From positions 3,104,001-3,168,000 of the forward strand of contig CAXXUK010000001.1 of NCBI GenBank assembly GCA_963665125.2: DNA of 64,000 bases, read 5' to 3'. Positions within the stretch are counted from its first letter, which is position 1; each line of letters opens with the position of its first letter. The position numbers were made by a program, and so were the translations under genes. Under the pieces are notes generated by a model. That model did not search any database and had not been told where the DNA came from. It was given only the letters and a program-made list of their open reading frames with translations. This document shows, piece by piece, positions 20,385 through 32,271 of the stretch. The stretch comes from an uncultured Desulfarculus sp. GTDB taxonomy: Bacteria; Desulfobacterota; Desulfarculia; Desulfarculales; Desulfarculaceae.

Positions 20385-21263
20385 ATGTTGATGATGAAGC
20401 TTCAATCAATACTGGTCTACACCTTCATCTGGGGGTCTATTTACCTGCTCATATCGCTGGGCTTTTCGTTGGTCTGCGGAGTCCTGCGCATATTCCACCT
20501 GGGATACGGCGCGACTTTTGTCCTGGCAGCCTACGGCACCTGGCTCTTCATTTCCTGGGCGGAGATGGGGCTTGCCGCTTCCATCATGTGCATGATGCTT
20601 GTGCAGGTCGGATTTGCCCTATTGGTGTTTTACTGGGGAATATTCCAGAGATTTCTTGAACAGGAAGAAGTACTGCTGACGCTGGCCATGCTGGTGTTCA
20701 TGGCCGTGACCCACATGGCCAATCACTGGTTCCCGGTCACCGCCGGAGTCAGCCTGGAGACCACCATCATTCCGGGCACCTTCAAGATCGGAATGGTGCG
20801 CATCTCCTACCAGATGCTGCTGGCGGCATTGGTTGGAATTGGAGTTACGGCCGCATATGTGGTCTTCTTCCTGAAAACCAAGTCGGGCCTGATAATCAGG
20901 GCCATCAGCCAGGACACCAGGGCCTCCATGCTCATGGGAGCGGACGTAAATCGCTATTACGGCCTATCCATGGTGCTCTCGGTGATTCCGCCCGCAATCT
21001 GCACCTTGATGATCGCCCCCTTCTGGTCGGTTGAGCCCTTCATGGGCAATCAGCTGATGATGACGGCCATGATGGTGGCCATCTTGGGCGGATTGGGCAG
21101 CCTCAAGGGAAGCATCGCGGCATCCTATCTGATCGGCTTCATTCACGCATCGGTCAGTTTCCTATACATATCGCGCTTCATGGGTTTCGCCGCCTTGGTG
21201 ATCACCCTTATCGTGATGATATTCAAGCGGGGCGGCCTCTACGCCGGAGAGACCATATGGTAG
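20385..21263 (+). CDS. LivH-like ABC permease
   Basis: GSIYLLISLGFSLV, GLIIRAISQD..A.LMG and ILGGLGS motifs. Confidence 0.92.
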   Translation: MLMMKLQSILVYTFIWGSIYLLISLGFSLVCGVLRIFHLGYGATFVLAAYGTWLFISWAEMGLAASIMCMMLVQVGFALLVFYWGIFQRFLEQEEVLLTLAMLVFMAVTHMANHWFPVTAGVSLETTIIPGTFKIGMVRISYQMLLAALVGIGVTAAYVVFFLKTKSGLIIRAISQDTRASMLMGADVNRYYGLSMVLSVIPPAICTLMIAPFWSVEPFMGNQLMMTAMMVAILGGLGSLKGSIAASYLIGFIHASVSFLYISRFMGFAALVITLIVMIFKRGGLYAGETIW

Positions 21264-22300
21264 ACCTGGAGATCAAACGCGACCGCCTTGTCCTGCGCTG
21301 GTCGCAACATAAATACGAATTCGTCATCGAGCCCAGGTACTGGATGAACCCGTCATTGGGGGTGGGCATAATGCTCATCATTCCTTTGTTCGTGTTCAAC
21401 TGGCCAAACCTGCTGACCATGGTCACCACCGCCAACCTGCTGGCGGCCATGACCATTCCGCTGTCCCTGCAGATTCTGGGCACGGGACGGCTCAACTTCG
21501 GACCGCAGCTTTATCTGGGCCTGGGAGGCTATACCGCCGCCCTCCTGGATTTGCATTTGGGCTGGGGGCCCTGGCTGACCCTGCCCGCCACGGTCTTTGT
21601 CTGTTTTTCGTTCTCGTTGCTCCTCAGCCCGATCACCTGGATAGCCAAGGGGCTCTATTTTTCCCTGATCACCCTGATACTGCCCCTGGCCTTCCTGGAC
21701 CTCACCTACATCTACGGAGACATCTTCAGGGGCGAGGTTGGTCTGATGGGCATGCAGGCCCTCATCGACCTGGGCAAGGTCAAGTGGAACTATCTGGCCT
21801 ACTACTACTTATCGCTGGTCCTGCTGTTGGCATATATGCTGCTGGCCGTGAGGATCGGCAAGTCACGCTACGGATTCTCCCTTGCGGCCATCAACGAAAA
21901 CGAAGACGTGGCCCGCATGATGGGCGTGCCGGTGAACTTCTACAAGGTTCTGTATTACGTCTTCCCTTCGGTCCTCATCGGCGTGGTGGGCTGGTTCATC
22001 GTGCACACCTTCCGCACCTTTGCCGGAGTGACCTACCTGCCCCTGGACTTCATGCTCAAGATTCTGATCATCGTCCTGATTGGCGGCAGGGCCTATGTGT
22101 ACGGAGCCGTGCCTGGCGCCTACTTCGTGGCCTCGCTGGAGGAACTCCTGCGGGGGTTCGGCGCACTGCACTATGTGGTGTTCCCACTGGTGCTCATAAT
22201 CATGATCCTGATCCTGCCCAGGGGCGAGGGTCTCTACGGGCTCTATCACAAACGGCACCCGCGGGATTATTTCCCGGTGCTTCGCGTTCGCAGGGACTAG
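21257..22300 (+). CDS. LivM-like ABC permease
   Basis: GLYFSLITL and SRYGFSLAAINENEDVARMMG motifs. Confidence 0.92.
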   Translation: MVDLEIKRDRLVLRWSQHKYEFVIEPRYWMNPSLGVGIMLIIPLFVFNWPNLLTMVTTANLLAAMTIPLSLQILGTGRLNFGPQLYLGLGGYTAALLDLHLGWGPWLTLPATVFVCFSFSLLLSPITWIAKGLYFSLITLILPLAFLDLTYIYGDIFRGEVGLMGMQALIDLGKVKWNYLAYYYLSLVLLLAYMLLAVRIGKSRYGFSLAAINENEDVARMMGVPVNFYKVLYYVFPSVLIGVVGWFIVHTFRTFAGVTYLPLDFMLKILIIVLIGGRAYVYGAVPGAYFVASLEELLRGFGALHYVVFPLVLIIMILILPRGEGLYGLYHKRHPRDYFPVLRVRRD

Positions 22301-22312
22301 AGGTTTATCAGC

Positions 22313-23047
22313 ATGTTAGAGGTCAAAAATCTGACAAAAAGCTTTGACGGCCTGATGGCGCTCAAGGATGTGTCATTCTCGGTGGGCCAGGGCGAGATCG
22401 TGGGCCTCATAGGTCCCAACGGCGCCGGCAAGACCACGGCCATGAACTTGATCAGCGGCGCGTTCAAACCCACGTCCGGCCAGGTCCTGCTCGACGGCGA
22501 AGACATCACCGGACTGCCGTCCTACAAAATCTGCCACCGGGGAATATCGCGCACCTATCAGATACCCCAACCGTTTTCGGCCATGACCGCCCTGAGCGGG
22601 GTGGCCGTGGCGGTGATAAACGGTAAAAAACGCAGGGACATGTCGGTGGGTGACGCCCTCGTCGAGGCATCATATTACCTGGAGTTCGTCGGGCTGTTTG
22701 CCAAGCGGGACACCCTGGCCTCGGAACTCACCCTGTACGAATTGCGCATGTTGGAGCTGGCCCGGGCCCTGGCCACCACCCCCAGGCTGCTGCTGTTGGA
22801 CGAAGCCATGGCCGGACTAAACCCGGCGGAGGCCTCCAGCGCCCTGGATATGATGTGGGACGCCCAGTCCCAGTTCGGCATAACAATCTTGTGGATCGAG
22901 CACGTGATGAAGGTCATTACCAAGGCGGCCAACCGTCTGGTGGTGCTCAATTACGGCGAGAAGCTGGCCGAGGGCAAGCCCGACGAAATCATGAACGATG
23001 AGGCGGTCATCGAGGCCTACCTGGGAGGCCATCATGCTCGACATTAA
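22313..23047 (+). CDS. LivG-like ABC ATPase
   Basis: Walker A GPNGAGKTT; LLLLDE; IEH. Confidence 0.95.
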   Translation: MLEVKNLTKSFDGLMALKDVSFSVGQGEIVGLIGPNGAGKTTAMNLISGAFKPTSGQVLLDGEDITGLPSYKICHRGISRTYQIPQPFSAMTALSGVAVAVINGKKRRDMSVGDALVEASYYLEFVGLFAKRDTLASELTLYELRMLELARALATTPRLLLLDEAMAGLNPAEASSALDMMWDAQSQFGITILWIEHVMKVITKAANRLVVLNYGEKLAEGKPDEIMNDEAVIEAYLGGHHARH

Positions 23048-23738
23048 AGGCCTGAAGGTGTCATACGGCGTCATTCCGGTTCTGCACGGAATCGATCTGC
23101 GGGTGAACCAGGGTGAGCTGGTCGCCCTGCTGGGTTCCAACGGCGCCGGCAAGACATCGCTATTAAACAGCATATCCGGCATGCTCAAGCCCGTCAGCGG
23201 CGACATCACCATGGACGGCGAGACCTTGACGGGCAAAAAGCCCCACGAGGTCGTGGCTCACGGAGTGGTGCAGATCCCCGAGGGGCGCAAGATTTTTCCC
23301 TACTTCACCGTGTACGAAAACCTCCTCATGGGCGCCTGTCGCAGCGGTGCCTGGGGCAAGCGCGAAGAAGTCCTGCAAAAAGTGTACGAGATGTTCCCCA
23401 TTCTGGAGGAGCGCAAGGAACAGCGGGCCAGCACCATGAGCGGCGGCCAACAGCAGATGCTGGTCATCGCCCGGGGGCTGATGAGCCAGCCTAAGCTGCT
23501 GATGATCGACGAGCCGTCCCTGGGCCTAAGCCCGGCCATAATGGACCAGATCTACGAGGTCATCTCCACTTTCGTGCAGCAGGGCATAACCGTGCTCTTG
23601 TCCGAGCAAAACGTCCAGGTTGCTCTGAGCATCGCCGATCGGGCCTACGTGCTGCAGGACGGCGAAGTAGTGCTGGAGGGGGATAGTACCGAACTCATGG
23701 GCAACCAACTGGTCAAAGAAGCCTACATGGGGATATGA
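23034..23738 (+). CDS. LivF-like ABC ATPase
   Basis: GSNGAGKT, MSGGQQQML and IDEPSLGLSP motifs; start at MLDIK. Confidence 0.95.
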   Translation: MLDIKGLKVSYGVIPVLHGIDLRVNQGELVALLGSNGAGKTSLLNSISGMLKPVSGDITMDGETLTGKKPHEVVAHGVVQIPEGRKIFPYFTVYENLLMGACRSGAWGKREEVLQKVYEMFPILEERKEQRASTMSGGQQQMLVIARGLMSQPKLLMIDEPSLGLSPAIMDQIYEVISTFVQQGITVLLSEQNVQVALSIADRAYVLQDGEVVLEGDSTELMGNQLVKEAYMGI

Positions 23739-25114
23739 CAGCCATGGAAAACAATAGTACGGCGCAACAAGACTACGCCCGGTTCATGGAAGAGCTGTTC
23801 AGCCCGGACCAGGCCGCGGACAAACCAGAAGCCCTGGAAGGCCTCCGGGTGCTGGATTTGTCCCACATGATCTTCGGCCCCACGGCCGCCCGCATCCTGG
23901 GCGCGTACGGCGCCGAAGTCATCAAGGTCGAGGTGCCCTATGTGGGCGACTACTGGCGCGGCTCCACCTATTGGGGCAAATACTGGAAACATTCCAACCC
24001 GCTGTGGCACTTCATCAACCACAGCAAATACTTCGTGGCCATAGACGTCAAAAAGCCCGAGGGCAAGGAGTTGATCCTGCAACTGGCCGAAAAGGCCGAC
24101 GTGGTCATAGAAAACTTTTCGCCCGGCACGGTGGAAGCCTGGGGCATCGGTTACAGCACGGTCAGCAAGATCAACCCCAAGGTTATCTACACTTCGTGCA
24201 GCACCTACGGCCAGTTCGGGCCCTACCGGTTCCGGCCGGGATGGGACCTGCTGGCCCAAGGCACCAGCGGCATGCTGGCCGCCACCGGCTACCCGGATAC
24301 GGACCATTTCTTCAAAGTACCCGATTTCTATGGAGACTTTTATCCGGGCAACTTCGCGGCAATGATGATTCTTTTAGCCCTCAACGCCAGGGAACGCACC
24401 GGCAAGGGCCAAATCGTGGACCTGGCCCAGGGCGAGATCCTGATGCGCGCCTTGCCCCATTTCACCCATGACAGCATCAGCCAGGAGCAGCTCGAGCGCA
24501 CCGGTAATCAAGACCCAACGGCGGCCCCATCGGGCATATTCAAGACCGCGAACGGGCGTTTCGTGGCCCTGGCCGTTGGCGCCCAGGAGCAGTTCGAGGC
24601 CCTTTGCCAGGCCATGGGCCGCGCCGAGATGGCCGACGACCCGCGCTATGCTGACACCCTGGAACGCCTGAAACCCGGCGCAGCCGCGGAGTTGACCAAG
24701 CTCGTCGGCGACTGGGTGACCGAAGTCGACCTGGACAAAATAATGTCCCTGGCCATTGAGCACGGCTTCCCCGCCGCGCCGGTGATGAATGACATGCAGA
24801 TATGCCATGACCAATGGCGGCGGCACCGGGGCAACATCATCGAGTTCGAAGACGTGATGTACGGCAAGATGGTGATGCAGACCCCCACCACCAAACTCAG
24901 CGGCACCCCCAGCCGGGTCAAGTGGCTCACCAGGCCCCTGGGCTACCACAACAGGTATGTATTCAAAAAACACCTTGGCCTGAGCGAGGAACGCATTACC
25001 GAGTTGGAGAAATCCCGCGCCGTGGGCTATTGGGACTACCGGGTGGGGCAGCGTCCTCCGGTGTACTACGACATCAACAACGACCCCATCTTCAACTACA
25101 GCCCGGAGGCTTAA
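23735..25114 (+). CDS. Class III (CaiB/BaiF) CoA-transferase, subunit retaining the catalytic Asp
   Basis: LEGLRVLDLS, GAEVIKVE and ADVVIENFSPG motifs; GWDLLAQG...YGDFYPG. Confidence 0.93.
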   Translation: MTAMENNSTAQQDYARFMEELFSPDQAADKPEALEGLRVLDLSHMIFGPTAARILGAYGAEVIKVEVPYVGDYWRGSTYWGKYWKHSNPLWHFINHSKYFVAIDVKKPEGKELILQLAEKADVVIENFSPGTVEAWGIGYSTVSKINPKVIYTSCSTYGQFGPYRFRPGWDLLAQGTSGMLAATGYPDTDHFFKVPDFYGDFYPGNFAAMMILLALNARERTGKGQIVDLAQGEILMRALPHFTHDSISQEQLERTGNQDPTAAPSGIFKTANGRFVALAVGAQEQFEALCQAMGRAEMADDPRYADTLERLKPGAAAELTKLVGDWVTEVDLDKIMSLAIEHGFPAAPVMNDMQICHDQWRRHRGNIIEFEDVMYGKMVMQTPTTKLSGTPSRVKWLTRPLGYHNRYVFKKHLGLSEERITELEKSRAVGYWDYRVGQRPPVYYDINNDPIFNYSPEA

Positions 25115-25119
25115 GGACC

Positions 25120-26460
25120 ATGGCCGCTAAAGAGCAAATATACTCGAGGTATGTGGGCAAGCGCGGCACCAAGGAGCGGGTCACCAAGTGGGCTGACCTC
25201 CTGTCCGGCATGCTGTCTGTGGAGGGCAAGCCAGAGGCCCTGGAGGGCGTCCTGGTGCTTGATCTGAGCTACGCCAACTACTGCGGCGTGATCATGGCCA
25301 GCTTTTTCGCCGAGGCCGGAGCCGAGGTAATAAAGGTGGAGCCGCCCCAGGGCGACCCGGCCAGGCTGATGGCCCCCCATGGCGCCTCAAGGGACGGCGT
25401 GGGCAGCAACTACCTCATGGAAAGCCGCAACAAGCGGCACCTGAGCCTGGACCTGGAAACCGATACCGGCCGCGCCAACCTGCTCAAGCTGGCGGCCAAG
25501 GCCGATATCGTCATAGAGACCGGCGCGCCTGGCGAGCTGGATTCCATGGGAATCGGCTACCGCCAACTGCGCGAAATCAACCCGGGGCTGATCTATGTAG
25601 CCATCAGCCCCTACGGCCATTTCAGAGGCAAGGAGGGCAAATGGGGCCAGATGCCCTGGTCCGACCTCACCAGCCAGGCCGAGTCGGGCATGTCGGCGGT
25701 GATAGGCGGCCTGCCCACCGACCCCGAGCCCTACAACTGGCCCACCAGGGCCGGATTCTATGCGGCGGGCTATTCCACGGCCGTCGAGGCCGCTACCGGA
25801 GCCCTGGCCGCCTTGCTGTTCAGGAGCCGAACCGGCAAGGGACAAATGATAGACGTGGCTGCGGCCGACTCCTTTTCCTCCTGCGTCGGGGTGCCGCCGA
25901 CCTTTGGCTATGTCTGGAAAAAGTCGCGCATACGCTATGGCGCCCTGGACTACGGTCTGAGCCCCTACGGCTTCTTCAAATGCAAGGACTCGCACCTGGC
26001 AATCGCCTGTTTCCGCGACCAGGACTTCCGGGCCGCCATCAAGGTTCTGGGCCTATGGAAGATAGAAGAAGACTGGCGAACCATCCTGGACCGCATCACC
26101 GATGACTTTTCCCGGGTGCGCGAGCTCCAAGAGGATGTGGAAAACGCGGTGGCCAAGTTCACCTATGAAGAACTGTTTCAACGGTTCTCCAAATACGCCG
26201 GCAAGGTGGCCCGTTCCAAGTGGCGGGGCGGCGGTCTGCCGGTGACCACCAGGATGCTCACCCCGTCCGAGGCCGCCTCCCAAAAGCATTGGCAAAAGCG
26301 CGACGTGTTCGTGCAGGCCGAGCATGCCCGCTACGGCACCTTCACCCTGCCTCTGGCGGGCAAGATGTCCGACACTCCGCTACGGATCAAGTGGGTGTCG
26401 GTGGACGTGGGAGAGGACAACCAATACATATTCGATAAATACGGCCTGACGGAGTCATAA
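25120..26460 (+). CDS. Class III (CaiB/BaiF) CoA-transferase-like protein, second subunit
   Basis: LEGVLVLDLS, GAEVIKVEPPQGD, RNKR and RTGKGQMIDV motifs; start at MAAKEQ behind AAGGA. Confidence 0.92.
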   Translation: MAAKEQIYSRYVGKRGTKERVTKWADLLSGMLSVEGKPEALEGVLVLDLSYANYCGVIMASFFAEAGAEVIKVEPPQGDPARLMAPHGASRDGVGSNYLMESRNKRHLSLDLETDTGRANLLKLAAKADIVIETGAPGELDSMGIGYRQLREINPGLIYVAISPYGHFRGKEGKWGQMPWSDLTSQAESGMSAVIGGLPTDPEPYNWPTRAGFYAAGYSTAVEAATGALAALLFRSRTGKGQMIDVAAADSFSSCVGVPPTFGYVWKKSRIRYGALDYGLSPYGFFKCKDSHLAIACFRDQDFRAAIKVLGLWKIEEDWRTILDRITDDFSRVRELQEDVENAVAKFTYEELFQRFSKYAGKVARSKWRGGGLPVTTRMLTPSEAASQKHWQKRDVFVQAEHARYGTFTLPLAGKMSDTPLRIKWVSVDVGEDNQYIFDKYGLTES

Positions 26461-26674
26461 GACGCGTTTCAACTGAAAGGCCGCTGAAACCAGCGTCTTG
26501 AATCCAGGCGGACTGAAAGTTATAGAGCCCTCAAGGAGTTCGCTCCTTGAGGGCTTTTGCATTAACCCAACGCCTAACGCAACGTCCATAAGAAGGCCTG
26601 CGTCATTGTCTCGGCATACCCGGACTCGCTCCATCACAAGTCATCGCGCATACCGCCGAAAAATCAAACCCCGG

Positions 26675-27298
26675 TCAGTCCGCAAGAATATAACGCAGCA
26701 ACATGTCGGCGGTTTCGTCCATGAATCCTTCCCTGTCAAGCCCCTTGATGCCGTACAGGACAAAACGGTGGCAGAGCATCTCCAGGGTGTAGGCCACGAA
26801 CCTGGCCACTTCCCCGGTGGCTGCCTTGCGCAGGCCCGGCGTGCGCTCCAGCATGGCCGCCAGCCGCTCAACGGCGGCGGCTTCGTTGCGCATCAACTCT
26901 TGGGGCAGCATCACCGTGGGCGGAACCTGCTCGAACATCACCCTATGCAGTTCCGGCTCCATCTCATGCATACCCAGCATGGCCTCCACCAGGGCCCGGA
27001 CAAACACTTCGTCGACGCCCCCTCGCCCCAACCCCGCCAAACGCTTGGTTATGAACTCATAGCCCATGTCCATGTGGCGCTTCATCAGGGCATAGAGGAT
27101 CGCATCCTTGCCGGGGAAGTACTGATACAGCGAACCGATGGACACTCCGGCCCTCCGGGCGATGAGGTTGGTGTTGGCCCCGTTGTAGCCGCCCGACTCG
27201 AAAACCTGAGCAGCGGCTTCCAGGACCACCTCCACCGTGGCCTTTGAACGGCTCTGAACCGGTTGCTTGCGCGGCACCAGGCCTTTTTTGCGCGCCAT
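26675..27298 (-). CDS. TetR/AcrR family transcriptional regulator
   Basis: PRKQPVQSRS...IARRAGVSIGSLYQYFPGK HTH. Confidence 0.95.
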   Translation of the reverse strand: MARKKGLVPRKQPVQSRSKATVEVVLEAAAQVFESGGYNGANTNLIARRAGVSIGSLYQYFPGKDAILYALMKRHMDMGYEFITKRLAGLGRGGVDEVFVRALVEAMLGMHEMEPELHRVMFEQVPPTVMLPQELMRNEAAAVERLAAMLERTPGLRKAATGEVARFVAYTLEMLCHRFVLYGIKGLDREGFMDETADMLLRYILAD

Positions 27299-27328
27299 CC
27301 GCGGTGCTCCCAATGCGAGTTGGTAAAA

Positions 27329-27371
27329 CGAGCGATTACTCATATTATCAGCCTAGGCGAGTAAATGCTCA
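27329..27371. promoter_or_regulatory. Two putative TetR operators between the divergent genes
   Basis: CGAGCGATTACTCA (27329-27342) and CGAGTAAATGCTCA (27358-27371) share the palindrome GAGY-N4-RCTC. Confidence 0.6.
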
Positions 27372-27399
27372 TTTTTTGACGATGCCGAGGAGGTGAAAC

Positions 27400-28530
27400 A
27401 TGGCTTTCAAGGATTTCGTGCCCATGGAACACATGAATTTCCAGATGAACCGCGTGGCCTGTTATGGCGACATAGCCTGCCGCGAGGAAGACCTGTGGGA
27501 GATCGCGGCCGACATGCCGGAGTTCGACCCGCTGAACTGGTTCGAGCAGTGGAACAAGATCGCCATTCGGGCCGAGGACCAGGGCCGGACGATGCACGCG
27601 GCCTATTACCACCGCATGAGCGAGTTCTTTTTACACGGCGGCGACCCCCGCAAACTGCACGCGTATGAATCTTTCCAGCGTTGCTTTTACCAGGCCGTTG
27701 ACGCCTCGGCCTTCGAGCGGACCGAGGTGCCCTATGAAGGTTCTTCGCTGCCGATGCTCAAGCTAAAGGCGGCAAACGAAAAAGGCGTTTTGCTGCTGCA
27801 CGGCGGGTTTGACTCGTTTATCGAAGAATTTTACCCGGAAATGAAGCGCATGGCCGATTGCGGCTATTCCATGGTTATCTTCGAGGGGCCGGGCCAGGGC
27901 CGGGCCCTTAAACGGGGCCTCAAGATGACCTATGAGTGGGAGAGACCGGTGTCGGCGGTCCTGGATCACCTGGGCCTGGATCAAATCAACCTCATTGGCG
28001 TGAGTCTGGGCGGCTATCTGGCTCTGCGGGCGGCGGCGTTCGAACCGCGCATCCGGCGGGTGGTTGCATATGACATCATCTACGATTTTTTCGACGTGCT
28101 ACTGGCCAAGGTGCCCGTGGAGATGCGCGACCAGTTGCGCCGGATGATTGAGCAGGGCCAACAGGACGAGGTCAACGCCCTGATGCGGGCCGTGGGCCAG
28201 ACCAATGACGTGGTGGCCTGGGCCTTGGAGCACGGCATGTACATCTCGGGCACTGATTCGCCCTTTGGTTATTTGGAACATTTCATGAAATACAGCACCA
28301 AGGACATTTCAGGCCGCATCACCCAGGATGTTCTGCTGATGGCTGGTGAAAACGACCATCTGGTGCCGGTGGAGCTTTATCCCAAGCAAAAGGAGGCCCT
28401 CACCGCGGCCAGGTCGGTGACCGGCATGCTCTACGGCCAGGAAACGGGCATGGACCAGCACTGCCAGGTGGGCAACCCCCGCAAGGCCATCGACGATATC
28501 ATTGCCTGGCTGGAATCGTTCAAAGACTGA
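27400..28530 (+). CDS. Alpha/beta hydrolase (FrsA / dihydroxypseudooxynicotine-hydrolase-like)
   Basis: HGGFDS and EGPGQG motifs; nucleophile GVSLGG; HCQVGN. Confidence 0.9.
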   Translation: MAFKDFVPMEHMNFQMNRVACYGDIACREEDLWEIAADMPEFDPLNWFEQWNKIAIRAEDQGRTMHAAYYHRMSEFFLHGGDPRKLHAYESFQRCFYQAVDASAFERTEVPYEGSSLPMLKLKAANEKGVLLLHGGFDSFIEEFYPEMKRMADCGYSMVIFEGPGQGRALKRGLKMTYEWERPVSAVLDHLGLDQINLIGVSLGGYLALRAAAFEPRIRRVVAYDIIYDFFDVLLAKVPVEMRDQLRRMIEQGQQDEVNALMRAVGQTNDVVAWALEHGMYISGTDSPFGYLEHFMKYSTKDISGRITQDVLLMAGENDHLVPVELYPKQKEALTAARSVTGMLYGQETGMDQHCQVGNPRKAIDDIIAWLESFKD

Positions 28531-28654
28531 AAAAGCCGCTAATCCCTTTCACGGCGGGCCTTGGCGTATGCTGGGCCCGCCTTTGTTTTCGGGCCGTAAC
28601 CAAGCCTGTTTTTTGATGCTTGACATCCGGGTCAGGGCCGTATATTTCTATTTC

Positions 28655-28685
28655 AATGAACATGTTCATTAATTGAACATGTTCA
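28655..28685. promoter_or_regulatory. Tandem perfect palindromes TGAACATGTTCA, probable TetR operator
   Basis: AATGAACATGTTCATT (28655-28670) and TGAACATGTTCA (28674-28685), just downstream of TTGACA at 28620. Confidence 0.8.
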
Positions 28686-28716
28686 TTTTAAACAAACCAC
28701 GCGAGTTTGAAATACC

Positions 28717-29367
28717 GTGACCCCCGAAAAAACCCCCATAGGCACCAGGCGGGCCGAACAAAAGGCCAAGACCCGTGAATTGATTCTCGAGAGCGCCACA
28801 GAGCTGTTCGACAAACTTGGATACGAAAAGACAACCATCAGGGCCGTGGCCAAGGGCGCGGGCGTGGGCCTGGGCACGGTGATGAGCCACTTCCCGGACA
28901 AGCGGTCCCTGTTGGTGGGCACGGTGCTGGATTTTTGGCAGGACACCGAGCAAAGGGTCTACAACTCTCTGCCCCAAAATACAAACATCAGGGATCTGTT
29001 TTTATTCATCACCACCGAGTTTTACAAGGCCTACGCAGCCAAGCCGGATCTTTCACGGACCTTGCTCAGAGAGCTTTCATTTGTAGAGGGCCAGTTGGCC
29101 GAAAGGCCTTGGGCCAAGGTTGATGAAATGCTCAAGCTGGCGACAATGATGGTGGAGCAAGGCAAACAGGCCGGTGAAATCCGCGCGGATGCCGACGCCA
29201 GCAGCGTGGGTCTGGCCCTGTTCGCCAATTACATGTTTGTGCTTCATATAGGTCTTTCCGAACCCGAGGTCAAAGTGAACAACATGGTCAACATGCTCAA
29301 AGCGCTAACCGACCAGCTTTATAAAGGCATCGGTGTCAACGCCGAAACTCCAACACCGGAGGAATAG
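28717..29367 (+). CDS. TetR/AcrR family transcriptional regulator
   Basis: LFDKLGYEKTTIRAVAKGAGVGLGTVMSHFPDK HTH. Confidence 0.93.
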   Translation: MTPEKTPIGTRRAEQKAKTRELILESATELFDKLGYEKTTIRAVAKGAGVGLGTVMSHFPDKRSLLVGTVLDFWQDTEQRVYNSLPQNTNIRDLFLFITTEFYKAYAAKPDLSRTLLRELSFVEGQLAERPWAKVDEMLKLATMMVEQGKQAGEIRADADASSVGLALFANYMFVLHIGLSEPEVKVNNMVNMLKALTDQLYKGIGVNAETPTPEE

Positions 29368-29370
29368 CAA

Positions 29371-30558
<1,188 letters not shown>

Positions 30559-30589
30559 GGCCGGGCGCTTAAATCCAATAATCCAATTC

Positions 30590-30619
30590 AAGGGCCGTTC
30601 CTGTTTCGGAGCGGCCCTT
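30590..30619 (+). terminator. Hairpin after the dsrP-like gene
   Basis: AAGGGCCGTTCC-tgtttc-GGAGCGGCCCTT. Confidence 0.6.
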
Positions 30620-30770
30620 GGCGTTTGTTTACGAGGCCTACAAGGCCATGCGCCGGATTGACAGAAAAAATCAGGGCGGCTAACATACCCAAAGCAGGAA
30701 ACGGGATAATCGCGGCAACCGGCCGCGTCCGGCGCCGATTCCGAACAACTCCTCACACAGGGGGCCCTTC

Positions 30771-31793
30771 ATGGATTTCAAAGCCGATTCCAAGCTGACC
30801 CATATCCTCAACCCCGACGAGCAACGCACCCCCAGGGACATCCCCAGCCAGGTCCGTTACGACCCGCTCACCGGCCGCACGGCGCGCATCTGCCACTTCA
30901 TGGAGCTAAAATGGCCCAAGCCCGATTTCGAGGCCATGATCCGCGGCAGCGAAAGCTATTGCCCATTTTGCCCGGACAAAATCATGGTGGTGACGCCGTT
31001 CTTCCCGGAAGACATCCTACCCGAAAGCCGTATGGTGCGGGGCAACAAGGTCCTCACGCCCAATATCGCCCCCTATGACGGGCTAAGCTGCGTGGCCGTT
31101 GTCAGCGACCGGCACTACATCCCCATGCTGGAGCTCACCCCGGAGCTGATCGCCGACAACCTCGCCATGTGCATGGAGTTTTTCCGCAAGGTCCACGACA
31201 CCGGGCATGAAGAGTCGGTGTACCATCTGGTCAACTGGAACTACATGCCGCCTTCGGGCTCGTCGCTGATCCACCCGCATTTGCAGGTCTTCATCACCAG
31301 CCACGAGCCAAACCTGATGCGCGAGGAAAACCGGGCCGCCGCCGCCTATGCCGAGAAAAACGGCTCTAACTATTGGCAGGATCTGATCAAGGAAGAACAG
31401 AGCCGGGGCGAGCGCTTCCTGGGCCGCATCGGACGCACGGCCTGGATGATGAGCTACGCGCCCTTGGGCGTGGCCGGGGACGTGGTGGCCGTGGTGGAAG
31501 GGGCCCATTGCACCATGGACCTCACCGAACAGGACCTCAAAGACCTGGCCCTGGGCCTGAGCAAGGCCATGGCCGGTTACGACCGCATGGGCATCTACAG
31601 CTTCAACATGAATTTCTTCACCGGCAAGATCGGCGAACAAAGCGCGGGCTTCCACGCCGTGTTCTCGCCCCGGGCCTATTTCAACCAGGCCCTGGGCACC
31701 GCCGACGTCGGGGCCCTGCGCAATCTCTACAACGAGTCGATCTGCATGTCATATCCGGAGATGATCGCCGACTGGCTGCGCCCTGATTTCTAG
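30771..31793 (+). CDS. GalT-like (HIT superfamily) nucleotidyltransferase
   Basis: RYDPLTG and CPFCP motifs; GSSLIHPHLQ (HxHxQ). Confidence 0.88.
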   Translation: MDFKADSKLTHILNPDEQRTPRDIPSQVRYDPLTGRTARICHFMELKWPKPDFEAMIRGSESYCPFCPDKIMVVTPFFPEDILPESRMVRGNKVLTPNIAPYDGLSCVAVVSDRHYIPMLELTPELIADNLAMCMEFFRKVHDTGHEESVYHLVNWNYMPPSGSSLIHPHLQVFITSHEPNLMREENRAAAAYAEKNGSNYWQDLIKEEQSRGERFLGRIGRTAWMMSYAPLGVAGDVVAVVEGAHCTMDLTEQDLKDLALGLSKAMAGYDRMGIYSFNMNFFTGKIGEQSAGFHAVFSPRAYFNQALGTADVGALRNLYNESICMSYPEMIADWLRPDF

Positions 31794-31925
31794 CCGCCTC
31801 GCCGCAAAAAAAATCGCCCCCGCAGCATCAAGCTCGGGGGCTGATTATTTTAATGTCGCCTGACCGCCCGTTTGGCGGGCAGCCGCCCCCAGGCCAACCG
31901 GACTTTGGGACACCCGGCAATTTTT

Positions 31926-32008
<83 letters not shown>

Positions 32009-32271
32009 CTGCCTTTGGGAGCATTACAACTTATAGCCTACAATGGCCGATCGTCAACAGCCAGCCCGAGATATTTTAGATATCAAACCATCCAGGCCTT
32101 TGCCGCACGGCAACCGGCACCGGCAATTGTGGTCCCAAAGGGTAATACAGTGTCAAGGAGATTCCCCCCGGGATGGCTCGCCGCGCGCGTCCCGGAATCT
32201 TGACACCCCCTGGGGCCTGGGCTAAGTTTATATGCTTTCAATGGCCCATATCTATAATCTGAAGGGACCCC

